Positions 46,684-57,468 of a stretch of 64,000 bases of DNA are shown here, in pieces. Below the pieces are notes generated by a model. It did not search any database, was not told the origin of the DNA, and was given only the letters and a program-made list of their open reading frames with translations. The stretch is taken from positions 169,141 through 233,140 of the forward strand of contig JAGWYA010000001.1 of the NCBI GenBank assembly GCA_018969615.1. Direction: 5' to 3'. The position numbers were made by a program, and so were the translations under genes. The DNA is from Patescibacteria group bacterium. Its GTDB lineage: Bacteria > Patescibacteriota > Minisyncoccia > UBA6257 > 02-FULL-45-10c. Position 1 is the stretch's first letter. Each line of letters opens with the position of its first letter.

Positions 46684-47991
46684 TTATTTGAGCCGCTTCT
46701 TCACTTCCGTCACCACTTTCTTGAGCGGAATGGTTTCCTGAACGCTGTTGTCGAGATCGCGGATGATGATCGCATCCTCGAACGCTTCCTTCTGTCCGAA
46801 GATAAGCGCCAGGCGCGATCCCTCTTTGTTCGCCGCACGAAGCTGAGCGCCGAGCGAATCCTTGCCGAGCGATTCCTGCATCGGGATCCCCGCTTCACGG
46901 AGCGACTCGATCAGGGCCAGGCTCTTTTTCTTCGCCGTATCGCCGATATGGATAAAGAACACGGTCGCCTTCTCTTTCGGTGCGGAGCCGCTCTTCAGCG
47001 CCTTCATAACTTCCAGCACGCGCTCCACGCCGAGCGCGCCGCCGACCGCTCCCGCCGGCCTGCCGCCGAACATTTCGATCAGATAATCATACCGGCCGCC
47101 GCCGCCGAGCGCGAAATCGAATTTCGTCCCGTCTGCTGCCGTCGCCTCCGTGAAGATCTCGAAGACGGTCCGGCTGTAATAATCCAGGCCGCGGACAAGC
47201 TGGTGGTCCACCTGATACGGGATCTTCAATTCGTCCAAGAATTCCAGCGTATCCTTCAGGTGCTTATTGCAATAGACGCACAGGCTATCAAGCGAGATCG
47301 GCGCGGCCGGCTTATATTCCTGGCAGGTCGGATTCTTACAGTCGAGCAGGCGCAGCGGGTTCTCGCGCAGGCGCCGGCGGCAATCCTTGCACAGCTTGAA
47401 ATTCGGGTTCTTATAGTACTCGATCAACTTTTTGCGGTAGTTCGGGCGGCAGATGCGGCATCCGATGCTGTTCACTCTGACCGTTATCTGCTTGACCTTC
47501 AGCCGCTCAAGAAGCCTGACCATCGCCAAAATGATCTGCGCATCATACACCGGTTCGTCATCGCCGCCGATGATCTCAAAGCCCATCTGATGGAACTGGC
47601 GGAACCGGCCGGCCTGCGGCTGTTCTTTGCGGAACATCGGGCCCAGGTAGAACAGCTTCAGCGGCTGGCCCAAGTGCGCCAAGCCATGCTGCAGATACGA
47701 ACGCACGATCGATGCGGTCGCCTCCGGACGCAGCGCCAAACGGTCGCCGCTCCGGCTCTTATAAACGAACATCTGCTTTTCAACGACATCGGTCGTTTCG
47801 CCCAATGTTTTTTCGAATACCTCCGCGCGCTCCATCAGCGTCGTTTCGATCCGGCTGAAATGATAGTGGTCGGCGATGTATTGCAGCTCTTTGCGGACCT
47901 TGTCCCACCACGCCTGCTCCTGCGGAAGGATATCGTGCATCCCTTTCGGAGACTGCAGGTTCTGCATTTTTTGTTTATTTTGATCACTCAT
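46684..47991 (-). CDS. hisS: Histidine--tRNA ligase.
   Basis: Class II aaRS motifs and HisRS-specific N-terminus (GMHDILPQEQAWW). Confidence 0.95.
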   Translation of the reverse strand: MSDQNKQKMQNLQSPKGMHDILPQEQAWWDKVRKELQYIADHYHFSRIETTLMERAEVFEKTLGETTDVVEKQMFVYKSRSGDRLALRPEATASIVRSYLQHGLAHLGQPLKLFYLGPMFRKEQPQAGRFRQFHQMGFEIIGGDDEPVYDAQIILAMVRLLERLKVKQITVRVNSIGCRICRPNYRKKLIEYYKNPNFKLCKDCRRRLRENPLRLLDCKNPTCQEYKPAAPISLDSLCVYCNKHLKDTLEFLDELKIPYQVDHQLVRGLDYYSRTVFEIFTEATAADGTKFDFALGGGGRYDYLIEMFGGRPAGAVGGALGVERVLEVMKALKSGSAPKEKATVFFIHIGDTAKKKSLALIESLREAGIPMQESLGKDSLGAQLRAANKEGSRLALIFGQKEAFEDAIIIRDLDNSVQETIPLKKVVTEVKKRLK

Positions 47992-47994
47992 AGG

Positions 47995-48537
47995 TTATAA
48001 AGGGTATGAAAAAATTTGCGCCTTCGAGAACGGCAGCAGCCGGGCACGGACCAGCCCGATGATATATTTCTGGTCCATCGGTCCCCAGCCGCGGGAATCG
48101 TAACTGTAGTTCCGGTTATCGCCCAGCATGAAATACTGGGTCGGACCAAGCGTCACGGTCATATTTCCCGAGGTCTGCGTTCCGTACGGAAGATACGGTT
48201 CCTGCAGCATCGTCTCTGAGCCGTCCTTGTTCATGATGCCGACCTGCCCGTTTCCGATCTTGATCGTCTCGCCCGGAAGGCCGATGATGCGCTTGATGTA
48301 GAAGATCGACGGATTTTCCGGATATCGGAACACGATGACCTCGTCGCGCTGCGGAGCGCGGAAATGATAGGTCACTTCATCCACCAGAAGATAATTCCCA
48401 TCGGTGAAATTCGGTTCCATGCTCGCACCGCTCACCAAGAACGGCTGCACCAGGAACGTACGGATCAGGAATACGGTCACGACCGCGACCAAGACGACCT
48501 CGACCACCTCCCAAACTGCAAGTAAAAATGTTCTCAT
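47995..48537 (-). CDS. lepB: Signal peptidase I.
   Basis: SGASMEP (Ser box), GDNRNYSYDSR. Confidence 0.9.
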   Translation of the reverse strand: MRTFLLAVWEVVEVVLVAVVTVFLIRTFLVQPFLVSGASMEPNFTDGNYLLVDEVTYHFRAPQRDEVIVFRYPENPSIFYIKRIIGLPGETIKIGNGQVGIMNKDGSETMLQEPYLPYGTQTSGNMTVTLGPTQYFMLGDNRNYSYDSRGWGPMDQKYIIGLVRARLLPFSKAQIFSYPL

Positions 48538-48604
48538 GGCGTGAAGAATACTGTGTGTATTTATCTATTTTAATACCCTCGCTTTGATAATACAATGGGC
48601 GCTC

Positions 48605-48823
48605 GGATAGTGCGTAGTGAGTGGCGCGTAGTTCGTAGTAAAGAAGGCGCGGAATCAAAGGCCTCATAATAACGCTGGAGCTTTTTCCTTGTTTTGGAAA
48701 TTATTATTTCTAAGCCGACCTGAGTCGGCTCCCAGACAAGGGTTGAGGCCGTCTACATGCTACTTTCTACGCGCTATCCCCACTGCCTACGGTCTACTGC
48801 CTACGTGCTATTTTATGCTACAC
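48605..48823. repeat. Palindromic intergenic element, site 1 (empty). A plus-orientation word array (48605-48643: GGATAGTGCGTAG TGAGTGGCGCGTAG TTCGTAGTAAAG), a central hairpin (48713-48730) and a minus-orientation array (48753-48823: ...CCACTGCCTAC GGTCTACTGCCTAC GTGCTA...).
   Basis: Arms are imperfect reverse complements (GGATAGTGCGTAG vs GGGATAGCGCGTAG). Strongly C-depleted on one strand. Confidence 0.7.
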
Positions 48824-48836
48824 TGGAATCAATTCT

Positions 48837-49382
48837 ATGAATCCGCAGGAGCCGCAGTACAAACTGATCGTCGGCCTGGGAAACCCGGGTCCTGATTATG
48901 CGAACACGTACCACAACGTCGGCGCCTTGGCAGTGGATCATCTCATTGAGGAAACGCGGCCGCTCACATTGAAAAAGAACGTTTCCAAGAAATTCCAATA
49001 TGCGGCGGACGGCAACATCATCTTCATTAAGCCGCTGACCTATATGAACGAATCCGGCGTCGCCGTAAAGAACGCGCTCAAGCAGTTCAAAGCGACTCCG
49101 GAAGAGATCCTCGTCATCCATGACGATTCGGATATCACGATCGGCGAATACAAGCTCTCGTATGAACGGGGTGCCGGCGGGCACAAAGGCATTGAAAGCA
49201 TCATCCAGCACCTCAAAACAAAGAAATTCTGGCGGCTCCGCATCGGCATCCGTCCTCCGGCGATCGCCGGCACGCCGCGTAAAAAAGCGGAGGAATTCGT
49301 CCTCAAACGGATCTCAGCCGCACATCGGCGGTTGCTGGAAACAGTTTTCACTGCGATCAGCGCGCATATGGAACAGCTGTAA
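48837..49382 (+). CDS. pth: Peptidyl-tRNA hydrolase.
   Basis: LIVGLGNPGPDYANTYHNVG signature. Confidence 0.95.
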   Translation: MNPQEPQYKLIVGLGNPGPDYANTYHNVGALAVDHLIEETRPLTLKKNVSKKFQYAADGNIIFIKPLTYMNESGVAVKNALKQFKATPEEILVIHDDSDITIGEYKLSYERGAGGHKGIESIIQHLKTKKFWRLRIGIRPPAIAGTPRKKAEEFVLKRISAAHRRLLETVFTAISAHMEQL

Positions 49383-49465
49383 TAGCACGTAGGGAGTAGG
49401 CAGTGGGCAGTAGTTAAATGTTAAAGGTCAAAGGTAAAAATCTCCGGCTGCTGCCGGAGATTTTT
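49383..49465. repeat. Half-element plus terminator, site 2. Plus-orientation words TAGCACGTAGGGAGTAGGCAGTGGGCAGTAG (49383-49413), then hairpin TCTCCGGC-TGCT-GCCGGAGA plus T5 (49436-49465).
   Basis: Read directly. Terminator for pth and for the PilMN gene. Confidence 0.65.
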
Positions 49466-50969
49466 AAGCGGAAAACGTGATCGTGAACGAGATCGTTCCG
49501 TCGATGTTTTGCTGGATCTTGGCGAGCGGAAGCGCGATATCCTGCAATCCCGCTTTTGTCAGGTTGTTCTTGAAATCGATCGCATCGGTCTGCGTCGCCG
49601 CCTTGGCGATGATGAAGCCGGTTCGAGTTGTCGTATCGAGCTGAAGCCGTACGAAGCTGACGCCCTGGGCCACTGAATTGATCTTCTCAAGGAACGGCGA
49701 CCAGACATTGCTGTTCTGGCGCGCATACTGCGTCTTCGTCACCAGCGCATTGAACATTTTCGCCTGAGCGGCAAGCTGCGTCACCTCAACGCCGGTCGGA
49801 AGCTGGGTCGTCCCCTGCACCTGCTGCACGATATCAACATAGGTCCGCGCAAGGAAGCTATCAACGACCACGAACATCAGGATAAAAAACATGGCGGCGG
49901 TCAGCAGGACATTCCGCCAAAATGTGATCAAAAACATGACCTGGGCGTAGAAATAGCCGTCCTCCGTTCCGATCGCCATCAAGCTGATGAAAATATCCGA
50001 AGCGCGGTTGACGGTCGCACGATATGCAGCGCCGATCAAGGCAGCCCAGGAAAGAGGCACGGCTTCGTATCCGCGGAAGGAAAGCTGCGTCACTTTATAA
50101 TGAAATTGATCCTCAATGAACTGCGCAGTCTCCTGCTGGAACGCCGGCGCGATCAAAGCAACGTTCAACAATCCGCCGCCCCAATGGTTCGCATAGAACG
50201 TACTGACCTTCTTCAACTCACGGTAGATCGTCGCCTTGAAATCGTCGAACGAGATCTCCCTCGCGGTATCGCCGGAAGGCATGAGATGCCACGGCGTGAA
50301 ATAATCGAAATACATGTTGCCATACCGGTAGATCATGAAGTCGATCCCGTCGTTCGTGATATTCATCACGATATACGGCTGCTCGGCATCAACGCCGACG
50401 CCGAACATTCTGATAGCCCGGGCGAGCGCAAGAGCGGGAAACTCAACGGCAACCGTCGTAAAACCGGCTTCCTGAAGCGCATCAACGTAAAGATCCACCA
50501 CTTCCCGCCGCGCGAACGCACCAAGATATTCAACGTTCCCGTCCTTTTCATGCAGCCGCTCCCAGTCCGCGTACACTTGCGCATACTCCGTCGGCGTAAG
50601 GCTTTGGAGATTCAATTTAATTGCCTCCGCTTCCTTCGCTTCGTTCAGCTTGGGAAGCGTAAAAACCTGCGCATAGACGCGCGGCGGCGGAATGATCGCG
50701 ATGACCGACAATTTTTCTTTGCGCTCCGGCGCGAACTGCGCCTTCAAGGTCTTGAGCTGCGCGACCAAGCGTCCCTTATCCTTCACGACCCCCTCCTGAA
50801 TGATCCCCGGTTCCAGCAGAAACCCCTCTTTCTTCAGCGATTTTTTTACGATCTGGCCGATCCGCAGCGATGAGTCGCTGAACTCAAGGCCGACCAACGG
50901 CTCTTTCGGAAGCATCATCCATTGGAAAAAGCCATTGACCTGTTCTAAAAGTTTTTTAAAGGAATTCAT
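49464..50969 (-). CDS. pilM: Type IV pilus assembly protein PilM fused to a PilN-like TM plus periplasmic domain.
   Basis: Actin-like ATPase-fold N-terminal about 330 aa (LGLEFSDSSLRIGQIV...), then TM helix VMFLITFWRNVLLTAAMFFILMFVVV and a roughly 130-aa PilN-like tail. Confidence 0.65.
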   Translation of the reverse strand: MNSFKKLLEQVNGFFQWMMLPKEPLVGLEFSDSSLRIGQIVKKSLKKEGFLLEPGIIQEGVVKDKGRLVAQLKTLKAQFAPERKEKLSVIAIIPPPRVYAQVFTLPKLNEAKEAEAIKLNLQSLTPTEYAQVYADWERLHEKDGNVEYLGAFARREVVDLYVDALQEAGFTTVAVEFPALALARAIRMFGVGVDAEQPYIVMNITNDGIDFMIYRYGNMYFDYFTPWHLMPSGDTAREISFDDFKATIYRELKKVSTFYANHWGGGLLNVALIAPAFQQETAQFIEDQFHYKVTQLSFRGYEAVPLSWAALIGAAYRATVNRASDIFISLMAIGTEDGYFYAQVMFLITFWRNVLLTAAMFFILMFVVVDSFLARTYVDIVQQVQGTTQLPTGVEVTQLAAQAKMFNALVTKTQYARQNSNVWSPFLEKINSVAQGVSFVRLQLDTTTRTGFIIAKAATQTDAIDFKNNLTKAGLQDIALPLAKIQQNIDGTISFTITFSA

Positions 50970-50981
50970 AATAGCCGTTCC

Positions 50982-53900
50982 TTAATTCATTACCTGAAGA
51001 ACAGCAGTTCCCGAAACCGCAACCGGAGGGACGATCGTAAGCGAGGTCATCGCAGCGATTTTGGCATAACAAGACGTGTGCTCATTGAAGACAGACGTTT
51101 CACTTCCGTAGGTACTTGCGGCATTGTAGGTGAACATTTGGCGAGCCGAATTTGCCGCTGATGACGTAAACGGATCTATGATCAAATTTATATCATCAAC
51201 GCTTGCCGTCATCGTTCCCGTACTTAGCTGGAACGGACAGCCGGTCCCAGCAGTAGATCCGATGCCGCCGGATGCCGCCGCTGAATTGCTGTAATTCCCG
51301 GCATAAAGATATGCGGCAGTTGAAGAATTATTAACACGGAAATACCATGTTCCTGCAGTATTTGTCGTCGGAGTTAAATTTGCGGATAACCGATAAACCG
51401 TACCCGTGGTTAATCCCGAGAATGTAATAGTGGTTGCTCCGCTCACTGTTTGATTCGAAACAGTCGTCCAAGCACCCGAACCGACAACCGGAGTTGCGGC
51501 GTAGTATGCATCAATAATAATCACGCCGGAACCACCGGCACCTCCTTGACATGCGCCAGTTCCGCCTGAGCCGCCTCCGCCAACGGCGTAAGAATAAGAC
51601 GACGCAAGGCTCGTGATCATGAATTTTGCATATTCACCCGCGCCACCACCGGCGGAATAAGCAGGTGATCCGGCATTCCAATAACAGCCACCGCCGCCGG
51701 CGCCTGAATTTGCCGCACCGGCTACGCCGTTACCCTCAGATCCATTATATGTTGCACGGCCGCCGCCGCCGAAGAATGAGTTTCCGCCTCCGGTAGAATA
51801 ACCATCGGGAGTCGAGCCGCCACCACCGGCGATACGCAATAAAGCGGTTCCCGTTCCGCCAGTTCCGCCAGCACCACCGCCACCAGTAGTCACCGCCGCA
51901 CCGCCGCCGGGATTTGCCGTAACCCCATCAAATGAAGTTGCGCCTCCGGTTGATCCAGGGCCAGCACTTGTATGAGCACCCGAACCACCACCACCACCAC
52001 CGACCATCTGTATCACTAAATAGGCAGCGTTTGCAGGGGTTGTATATGTCCCGGTTCCCGAGGTAAGCACTGTTTCAGTTGGCGGAAGTGCGGATCCTCC
52101 CCCGCCCGCCGTCGTCTGGATCGTACCGTCGGGGAACTTAATACCGCCGGTTTCGGAGTAGATCGTCCCCTTCACGTCCAGCGCCGAATTCGGCGTCGTC
52201 GTCCCGATGCCGACGTTACCTGAAGAAGTGATAACCATATGTGTATTCGCTCCGCCGGTCATAAACTCGAGATTGCCCGCAGCATCTCCAACATTATAGT
52301 TGTCAGCAACCGCTGATTGGAGCGTGCCAAGATTGTTCGTCCATTTTATTAAACCGTTCGCGGTCGCCGTATTGCTCGTATTAAGGGTAAGTGTTGGTGC
52401 CGAAGAATTTAGCGCGGAAAGCTGCAAAAGACTTCCCGGCGTCGTGGTTCCAATGCCGACATAACCGCTGTTATTGATCGTCAAACGAGTCGCGCCATTC
52501 GTATTATCGTAGATCCGGAAATTATGAGTCGCATCAATCAAGCCGTTTCCGATCGTCCAGCCGCTGACGCCGTCATCGGTTCCGAAACCAAGGCCAACTG
52601 ACGAAACCGAAGTACCGATCAACTGAGCACTGCCGTTAACCGATAATAGATGTTGAGGATTTGTTGTCCCAATACCAACATTCCCGCCGTTTGGATTGAT
52701 CGCAAGCGGATGCGTCAGATCAGCGCGATTCGAATAATGCGCTTGGATCCATCCGTATGCTCCTCCTGTGTAAGCAGCTCCGATGTTAACCTCAGGGTCT
52801 CCAACGCTCAAAGACCCAAACTGCGCACCTACGGTAACCGGGGATGCTGCCGTTTGCGGGGCGCTGTCCCCCGTATTAACGGTCAAGATACTCCCGGGCG
52901 CCGCCGTCCCGATGCCGACATTACCGGTTCCTGCAGTACTATTCAAAAGAAGGTTACCGCCTCCAGTCCACGCATCAATGCCGAGATCGTTTCCGGTCCG
53001 GAATACTCTTCCCATCGTTGTCGCACCGGAGGTCAATAACGCCCAATCAGGCGATGCCGCCGTCGAATTGATCCGGAACGGCGTAGTACCGGTAGTCGCA
53101 TCAACGGTAAGCATATGATCGGGTCCTGTTGTCCCGATACCGACATTCCCGCCGTTTGGATTAAGAGCTAAAGGATATGTTGCCCCACCACCTACTTGGA
53201 GGTACCCTGTCCATGGAGGTGCGTTTAACAATCCCATGTTTATTTTCCCCGTTGTATTAGCATGTATTTGAAATTCAGTGCTTCCAGCCGTGCTCGGATT
53301 TGCTTCCGCCGTAGTATCAACCTCGAGCGCCGCTCCCGGATTCGTCGTTCCAATGCCCACATTTCCCGTATTGTAATACGCACTGGTCCCGTTCTGGGTC
53401 CACAATCCGCCCTGACTCGCCGATGTCTGAGTCGTTCCATCGGCGTACCGGATGCCGCCGGTCGTATACACCGTCCCGACTACGCTCAAGGCCTGCGAAG
53501 GCGAGGTGGTTCCGATACCGACATCTCCATTGCCTGATTTCACGACTAAGACTGGTGTTCCTCCGCCATTAGCAGTATTGAAGTAGATATCGCCATAGTT
53601 TGTCAGCACCTGCATCAAGTCTCCGCTTATCGTATTCTTAATATCCGTACGATGACCGGATGGAGATTGATTGATCGCAAACGTTTGGGTTCCTGCATTA
53701 CCAATAGAAAATCCATTGTCATAACCAGGCGTTCCCATAAGAGAAAGATAGGCACCTACCGATTGGTTGACCACGGCTAAGGTCCCCTGCGGCGTTGTTG
53801 TTCCAATGCCCACATTGCCGCTTGAATCTATATGCAGAGCGCTCACCGGATTATTGGCCGTCTTCGAAATGTCGAAATCAAGCGTGCTCAGATAACCACC

Positions 53901-56807
53901 GAGCGTTGTTGAAACGATTGAAGAGATCGGCCCTAAGTGATCCGCAAAACTCAATGTCTGCGTATCGCCCGCAATTGCATTGTCATTTCTGATCCAGGGA
54001 TCTGGGTCGCTCGTTGGTTTATAAATTTCAAGCGTGGCATTTGGGCTCGCTGTGCCGATACCCACTTTTCCGCCAACCTGCGTCAATGCCGTTTCTTGAG
54101 CGTATGTTGTCGGTGCCGTCACGGCCGAAGTTGCGGTTGAAGCCGTAAAGGCGTCGGCATTAATGCCCTCCTGCTTGATAACGATATAAGCCGTTCCCAC
54201 GTTTGCCCCATCAGTCGCCGTTACCCGCAAGCGAAGCGACAAAACAGTTCCTGACATCATTTCATCAAGTGCAAAATCATTCCCGGAATATGCCCCCGAA
54301 CTTGAAATAGGCAAAACTGTTTCCCATGTAGCATTTTGCTGGCCATATTGGATCGGAAGAATATACTGCTTCGCGGCCGAATAACCGTTTGATGGTACCG
54401 TCACCGAGATCCGCAAAGATCCTCCACCGTCCGTAAAGGCAAAACTGCCGATATCAACCTCATTATTGACCGTCAACGGCAAGGTGCGGGTCAACGGTAT
54501 AATATTTGCATTCGTAAACTTGACGTCACCGCTTCCGTCAATCGTCAGCCTCGTCACGCCATTCGTATTATCATAAATGCGGAAATTATGCGTTGCATCA
54601 ATAAGGCCGTTCCCGATCGTCCAACCGCTGACGCCATCATCGGTTCCAAAGCCAAGCCCAACCGAGCCGGTCGCGGTGCCGACTAGCTCGGCGCTACCAT
54701 TTACAGAAAGAAGGTGGTTCGGCGTAATATTTCCGATGCCGACATTGCCGCTCATAAAAACAGTATTAGCAAATGTATTATCCCTGCCAAAGTAAAGATT
54801 CCCGCCATTCGCCTGCGGATCAATATTAACGCCACTCCCCCAAGCTAATAATCTCAAAGATCCTGTCAAACTTGATGGATAGGTTACTAAAAGGGACGTG
54901 CTCGAGGTAGACGAAGAAACTTCTAGAGTTCCTCCCGGATTCGTTGTCCCGATACCGACAGCTCCGGCATCCGTAACCGTAAGCCGAGTCTGATCAGTCC
55001 CCTGAACAACGAAATTGCCGACTGAATCTTGGCCTATATCGATAAAACCAGACCCTGCTCCCTGGAAACGAACTTGCGGGCCTGCGCCGTTAGCACCAGT
55101 CCATTGCCCAACAAGCACCGTCCCTAGATAATCGGCATTATTAGCACTCACCGAGAGCCTTCCGGTTGTGCCAACAACATCGAGATTATAGGCTGGATTC
55201 GTCGTTCCAATACCGACATTGCCGGTGTTGTAATAAATATTCGAGCCATTTGAAACCCATAACCCTCCCGCCGAAGTCTGAAGCGAACCGTCAGGATACT
55301 GGATCCCGCCGGTCGCATAGACCTTTCCGGCGACGCTCAACGCCTGTGATGGCGAAGTGGTTCCGATACCGACGTTGCCGTTATTCACTATTCTCATCCT
55401 CTCCGGCGCTGCAGTACCCGCTACTTGAGATGCATCTGTATAAAAACGGATCGATCCATCGCTTGGATAGCCGATCCCAGCAAGGTTACCGGTTGAATCA
55501 TGAGAAGGCGTCGCTTGGGCAATTCCATTCCAGTTAAAATTATATCCGCCGCCATGACCGCCGCCGTTATCTAAAGTCGCAACACGCGCGTAGGAAAGAT
55601 TGCCCAGACGGAATTCACTCGCCGAGCTGATCCCATTCACATCCAAGAGCGATCCCGGGTTTGTCGTCCCGATACCAACATTCCCGTTCGTCAATACGAC
55701 CAGTTTTTGCGCCCCACCTTCGCTTAAGGCAACCGGCTGGCTTCCGCCGTTGATCGTAAAAAATCCACCCGGAGCGGCTCCGCCATCTTGGATCGTTGAC
55801 GCATTCGGGAACGAAATCCCTTCCACCGGGATCGCGTTACCGCCGATCGCGATACCCTGAAGCGTCCCGGCGCGAATACCGCCATTTACATCAAGTGCGT
55901 CTGTCGGATTCTGTGTGTTGATACCGACGTATCCCAAACTATTGACGTTAATCCCAAGCACGGCGCCACCGTCGCGACCAAGATACATATCGCCATCACC
56001 TCCGATATATCCCACCGCGCCCTCGAATGCACCGCTGGGGCCGAACATCTGAATACTCTTATTATAATCAGGTGCTACCGAAGGATCGGTGTACATTTTT
56101 ACCGCATATCCCGCACCCACATTGATACTAAGCGGATTCGTGCCAACTCCAGCCGACCCGATCCCAACACCGCCATTCGAATCAATTGATAACCGAGTTA
56201 CGCCGCTCGTATTGTCATAAATACGGAATGTGTGTGTCGAGTCGGTCAAACCATTTCCGATCGTCCAGCCGCTGACGCCGTCATCCGTTCCGAATCCGAG
56301 ACCAACCGATGAAAGCGAGGTGCCAATGAGCTGAGCATTGCCGTTCACGGAAAGAAGGTGCTGCGGGGCAGCCGTCCCGATACCGACATTGCCGTTCGCA
56401 GCGAGGATCGACATTTTCGTACCCTGATTCACACGGAATGCAAGATCATGGGCAGTGTTCAATTCCATGCCTGCATCCCAGGCGGCGCTGTTATCATGGA
56501 AATAATATCCGAGCACGGCGCCGGCGCCCGCAAGACCAATGCCGCAATTCGATGAATTCGGACACTCAACCAGAAGCGGGTTATTGGTTGGAAAAGAGGC
56601 TGAAGTTAAAAGAGAATTCCCGCCATGAACATACAGGGTCGTTCCTGTGGTGGGCGCCGCGCCTCCGATATCCAATGATGCCGGCAAGTTTCCCGATGGC
56701 GGTGATGTGCTCGGTTCAGTCCAAGCCGCAAAAACCACGTATGACGAAAGAAGCAACAACGTCGTTACCAGGAAAATAGTTGCCGTGTTCTTCACTAAAC
56801 GCAACAT
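50982..56807 (-). CDS. Giant secreted fiber/adhesin-like protein (about 1940 aa) with tail-fiber-type GNVGIGTxxP repeats and a Gly-rich C-terminal region.
   Basis: Start at Met54 of the track ORF (MLRLVKNTATIFLVTTLLLLSSYVVFAAWTEP signal peptide). More than 15 copies of ...NGNVGIGTT(N/S)P... and ...LSVNG.A.L.G... repeats. C-terminal poly-Gly tracts. Confidence 0.8.
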   Translation of the reverse strand: MLRLVKNTATIFLVTTLLLLSSYVVFAAWTEPSTSPPSGNLPASLDIGGAAPTTGTTLYVHGGNSLLTSASFPTNNPLLVECPNSSNCGIGLAGAGAVLGYYFHDNSAAWDAGMELNTAHDLAFRVNQGTKMSILAANGNVGIGTAAPQHLLSVNGNAQLIGTSLSSVGLGFGTDDGVSGWTIGNGLTDSTHTFRIYDNTSGVTRLSIDSNGGVGIGSAGVGTNPLSINVGAGYAVKMYTDPSVAPDYNKSIQMFGPSGAFEGAVGYIGGDGDMYLGRDGGAVLGINVNSLGYVGINTQNPTDALDVNGGIRAGTLQGIAIGGNAIPVEGISFPNASTIQDGGAAPGGFFTINGGSQPVALSEGGAQKLVVLTNGNVGIGTTNPGSLLDVNGISSASEFRLGNLSYARVATLDNGGGHGGGYNFNWNGIAQATPSHDSTGNLAGIGYPSDGSIRFYTDASQVAGTAAPERMRIVNNGNVGIGTTSPSQALSVAGKVYATGGIQYPDGSLQTSAGGLWVSNGSNIYYNTGNVGIGTTNPAYNLDVVGTTGRLSVSANNADYLGTVLVGQWTGANGAGPQVRFQGAGSGFIDIGQDSVGNFVVQGTDQTRLTVTDAGAVGIGTTNPGGTLEVSSSTSSTSLLVTYPSSLTGSLRLLAWGSGVNIDPQANGGNLYFGRDNTFANTVFMSGNVGIGNITPNHLLSVNGSAELVGTATGSVGLGFGTDDGVSGWTIGNGLIDATHNFRIYDNTNGVTRLTIDGSGDVKFTNANIIPLTRTLPLTVNNEVDIGSFAFTDGGGSLRISVTVPSNGYSAAKQYILPIQYGQQNATWETVLPISSSGAYSGNDFALDEMMSGTVLSLRLRVTATDGANVGTAYIVIKQEGINADAFTASTATSAVTAPTTYAQETALTQVGGKVGIGTASPNATLEIYKPTSDPDPWIRNDNAIAGDTQTLSFADHLGPISSIVSTTLGGYLSTLDFDISKTANNPVSALHIDSSGNVGIGTTTPQGTLAVVNQSVGAYLSLMGTPGYDNGFSIGNAGTQTFAINQSPSGHRTDIKNTISGDLMQVLTNYGDIYFNTANGGGTPVLVVKSGNGDVGIGTTSPSQALSVVGTVYTTGGIRYADGTTQTSASQGGLWTQNGTSAYYNTGNVGIGTTNPGAALEVDTTAEANPSTAGSTEFQIHANTTGKINMGLLNAPPWTGYLQVGGGATYPLALNPNGGNVGIGTTGPDHMLTVDATTGTTPFRINSTAASPDWALLTSGATTMGRVFRTGNDLGIDAWTGGGNLLLNSTAGTGNVGIGTAAPGSILTVNTGDSAPQTAASPVTVGAQFGSLSVGDPEVNIGAAYTGGAYGWIQAHYSNRADLTHPLAINPNGGNVGIGTTNPQHLLSVNGSAQLIGTSVSSVGLGFGTDDGVSGWTIGNGLIDATHNFRIYDNTNGATRLTINNSGYVGIGTTTPGSLLQLSALNSSAPTLTLNTSNTATANGLIKWTNNLGTLQSAVADNYNVGDAAGNLEFMTGGANTHMVITSSGNVGIGTTTPNSALDVKGTIYSETGGIKFPDGTIQTTAGGGGSALPPTETVLTSGTGTYTTPANAAYLVIQMVGGGGGGSGAHTSAGPGSTGGATSFDGVTANPGGGAAVTTGGGGAGGTGGTGTALLRIAGGGGSTPDGYSTGGGNSFFGGGGRATYNGSEGNGVAGAANSGAGGGGCYWNAGSPAYSAGGGAGEYAKFMITSLASSYSYAVGGGGSGGTGACQGGAGGSGVIIIDAYYAATPVVGSGAWTTVSNQTVSGATTITFSGLTTGTVYRLSANLTPTTNTAGTWYFRVNNSSTAAYLYAGNYSNSAAASGGIGSTAGTGCPFQLSTGTMTASVDDINLIIDPFTSSAANSARQMFTYNAASTYGSETSVFNEHTSCYAKIAAMTSLTIVPPVAVSGTAVLQVMN

Positions 56808-56828
56808 GTTCTTATTGTACCATTTTTT

Positions 56829-56948
56829 AGGGCAGTAGTCCGTAGCCCGTGGGCAGTGGGGATAGTAAGCAGGAAGTAGTGCACGGACAGTAGAAATATA
56901 GTGCGTAATAGTACACACCCCCAGTGCATCCAGTCGAGGATTGGATGC
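56829..56948. repeat. Element arm plus duplicated gene fragment, site 3 left. Plus-orientation words (56829-56904), a roughly 55-bp decayed duplicate of the 3' end of gene 57515..58801 including the 16-mer CCCCCAGTGCATCCAG (56908-56923), and a hairpin GCATCCA-N19-TGGATGC.
   Basis: Alignment of 56880-56940 to 57516-57575 is about 80% identical. 16/16 core identity. Confidence 0.65.
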
Positions 56949-56966
56949 GCCTAACCGAAGCTCCAT

Positions 56967-57155
56967 TTATTTTTTATATGCGATCCCCAGATCTTTGCAA
57001 ATTTTCTTTGCCAAAATTTCATCGATCTCGCTATGCCGGGGAACCGTAGAGGTTCGATTGAGCGACGGATTTAAAAAGACGCTGTGTCTTGCGCCTTCTC
57101 TGGCAAGGACGCATCCGTTCTTGAACAGACGCCTTATCAGATCGTTCCGCTTCAT
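56967..57155 (-). CDS. hicA: HicA mRNA-interferase toxin.
   Basis: 62 aa. LIRRLFKNGCVLAREGARHSVF... is the YcfA/HicA pattern. Confidence 0.85.
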   Translation of the reverse strand: MKRNDLIRRLFKNGCVLAREGARHSVFLNPSLNRTSTVPRHSEIDEILAKKICKDLGIAYKK

Positions 57156-57162
57156 TATTTTG

Positions 57163-57384
57163 TTATTTCTGAGAAACCGTCAGAGGCTCTCTGATTATTT
57201 TCCCGGAAACTTCTTTCCGGGCAAACTCCCTGTTCGTCTCCAAGATCAGCAGCAAGGCTTCCTTAAGATTTTCCTTTGTTTCTTTTAAGGTTTTACCCTG
57301 AGTATTCACGCCCGGAATCTCCTCGATCCAGCCCAGATACCATTTTTTGCCCTTCCTGTAATTGGCGGTAAAGCGCTTTGTCAT
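57163..57384 (-). CDS. hicB: HicB antitoxin (UPF0150 RNase-H-like fold).
   Basis: 73 aa. KKWYLGWIEEIPGVNTQGKTLKETKENLKEAL. Adjacent to hicA. Confidence 0.8.
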   Translation of the reverse strand: MTKRFTANYRKGKKWYLGWIEEIPGVNTQGKTLKETKENLKEALLLILETNREFARKEVSGKIIREPLTVSQK

Positions 57385-57468
57385 ACTTTCAAAATAACAC
57401 GCTTCAAAAGGAAAAACAATTTAATTTCGCCCCGGATCCCGCATCAAGTGCGGAATGACAATGTGGCT

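Noticed and set aside
46681-48000. 439-aa plus-strand ORF.
   Set aside because: Antisense to hisS. Arg/Leu-rich nonsense.
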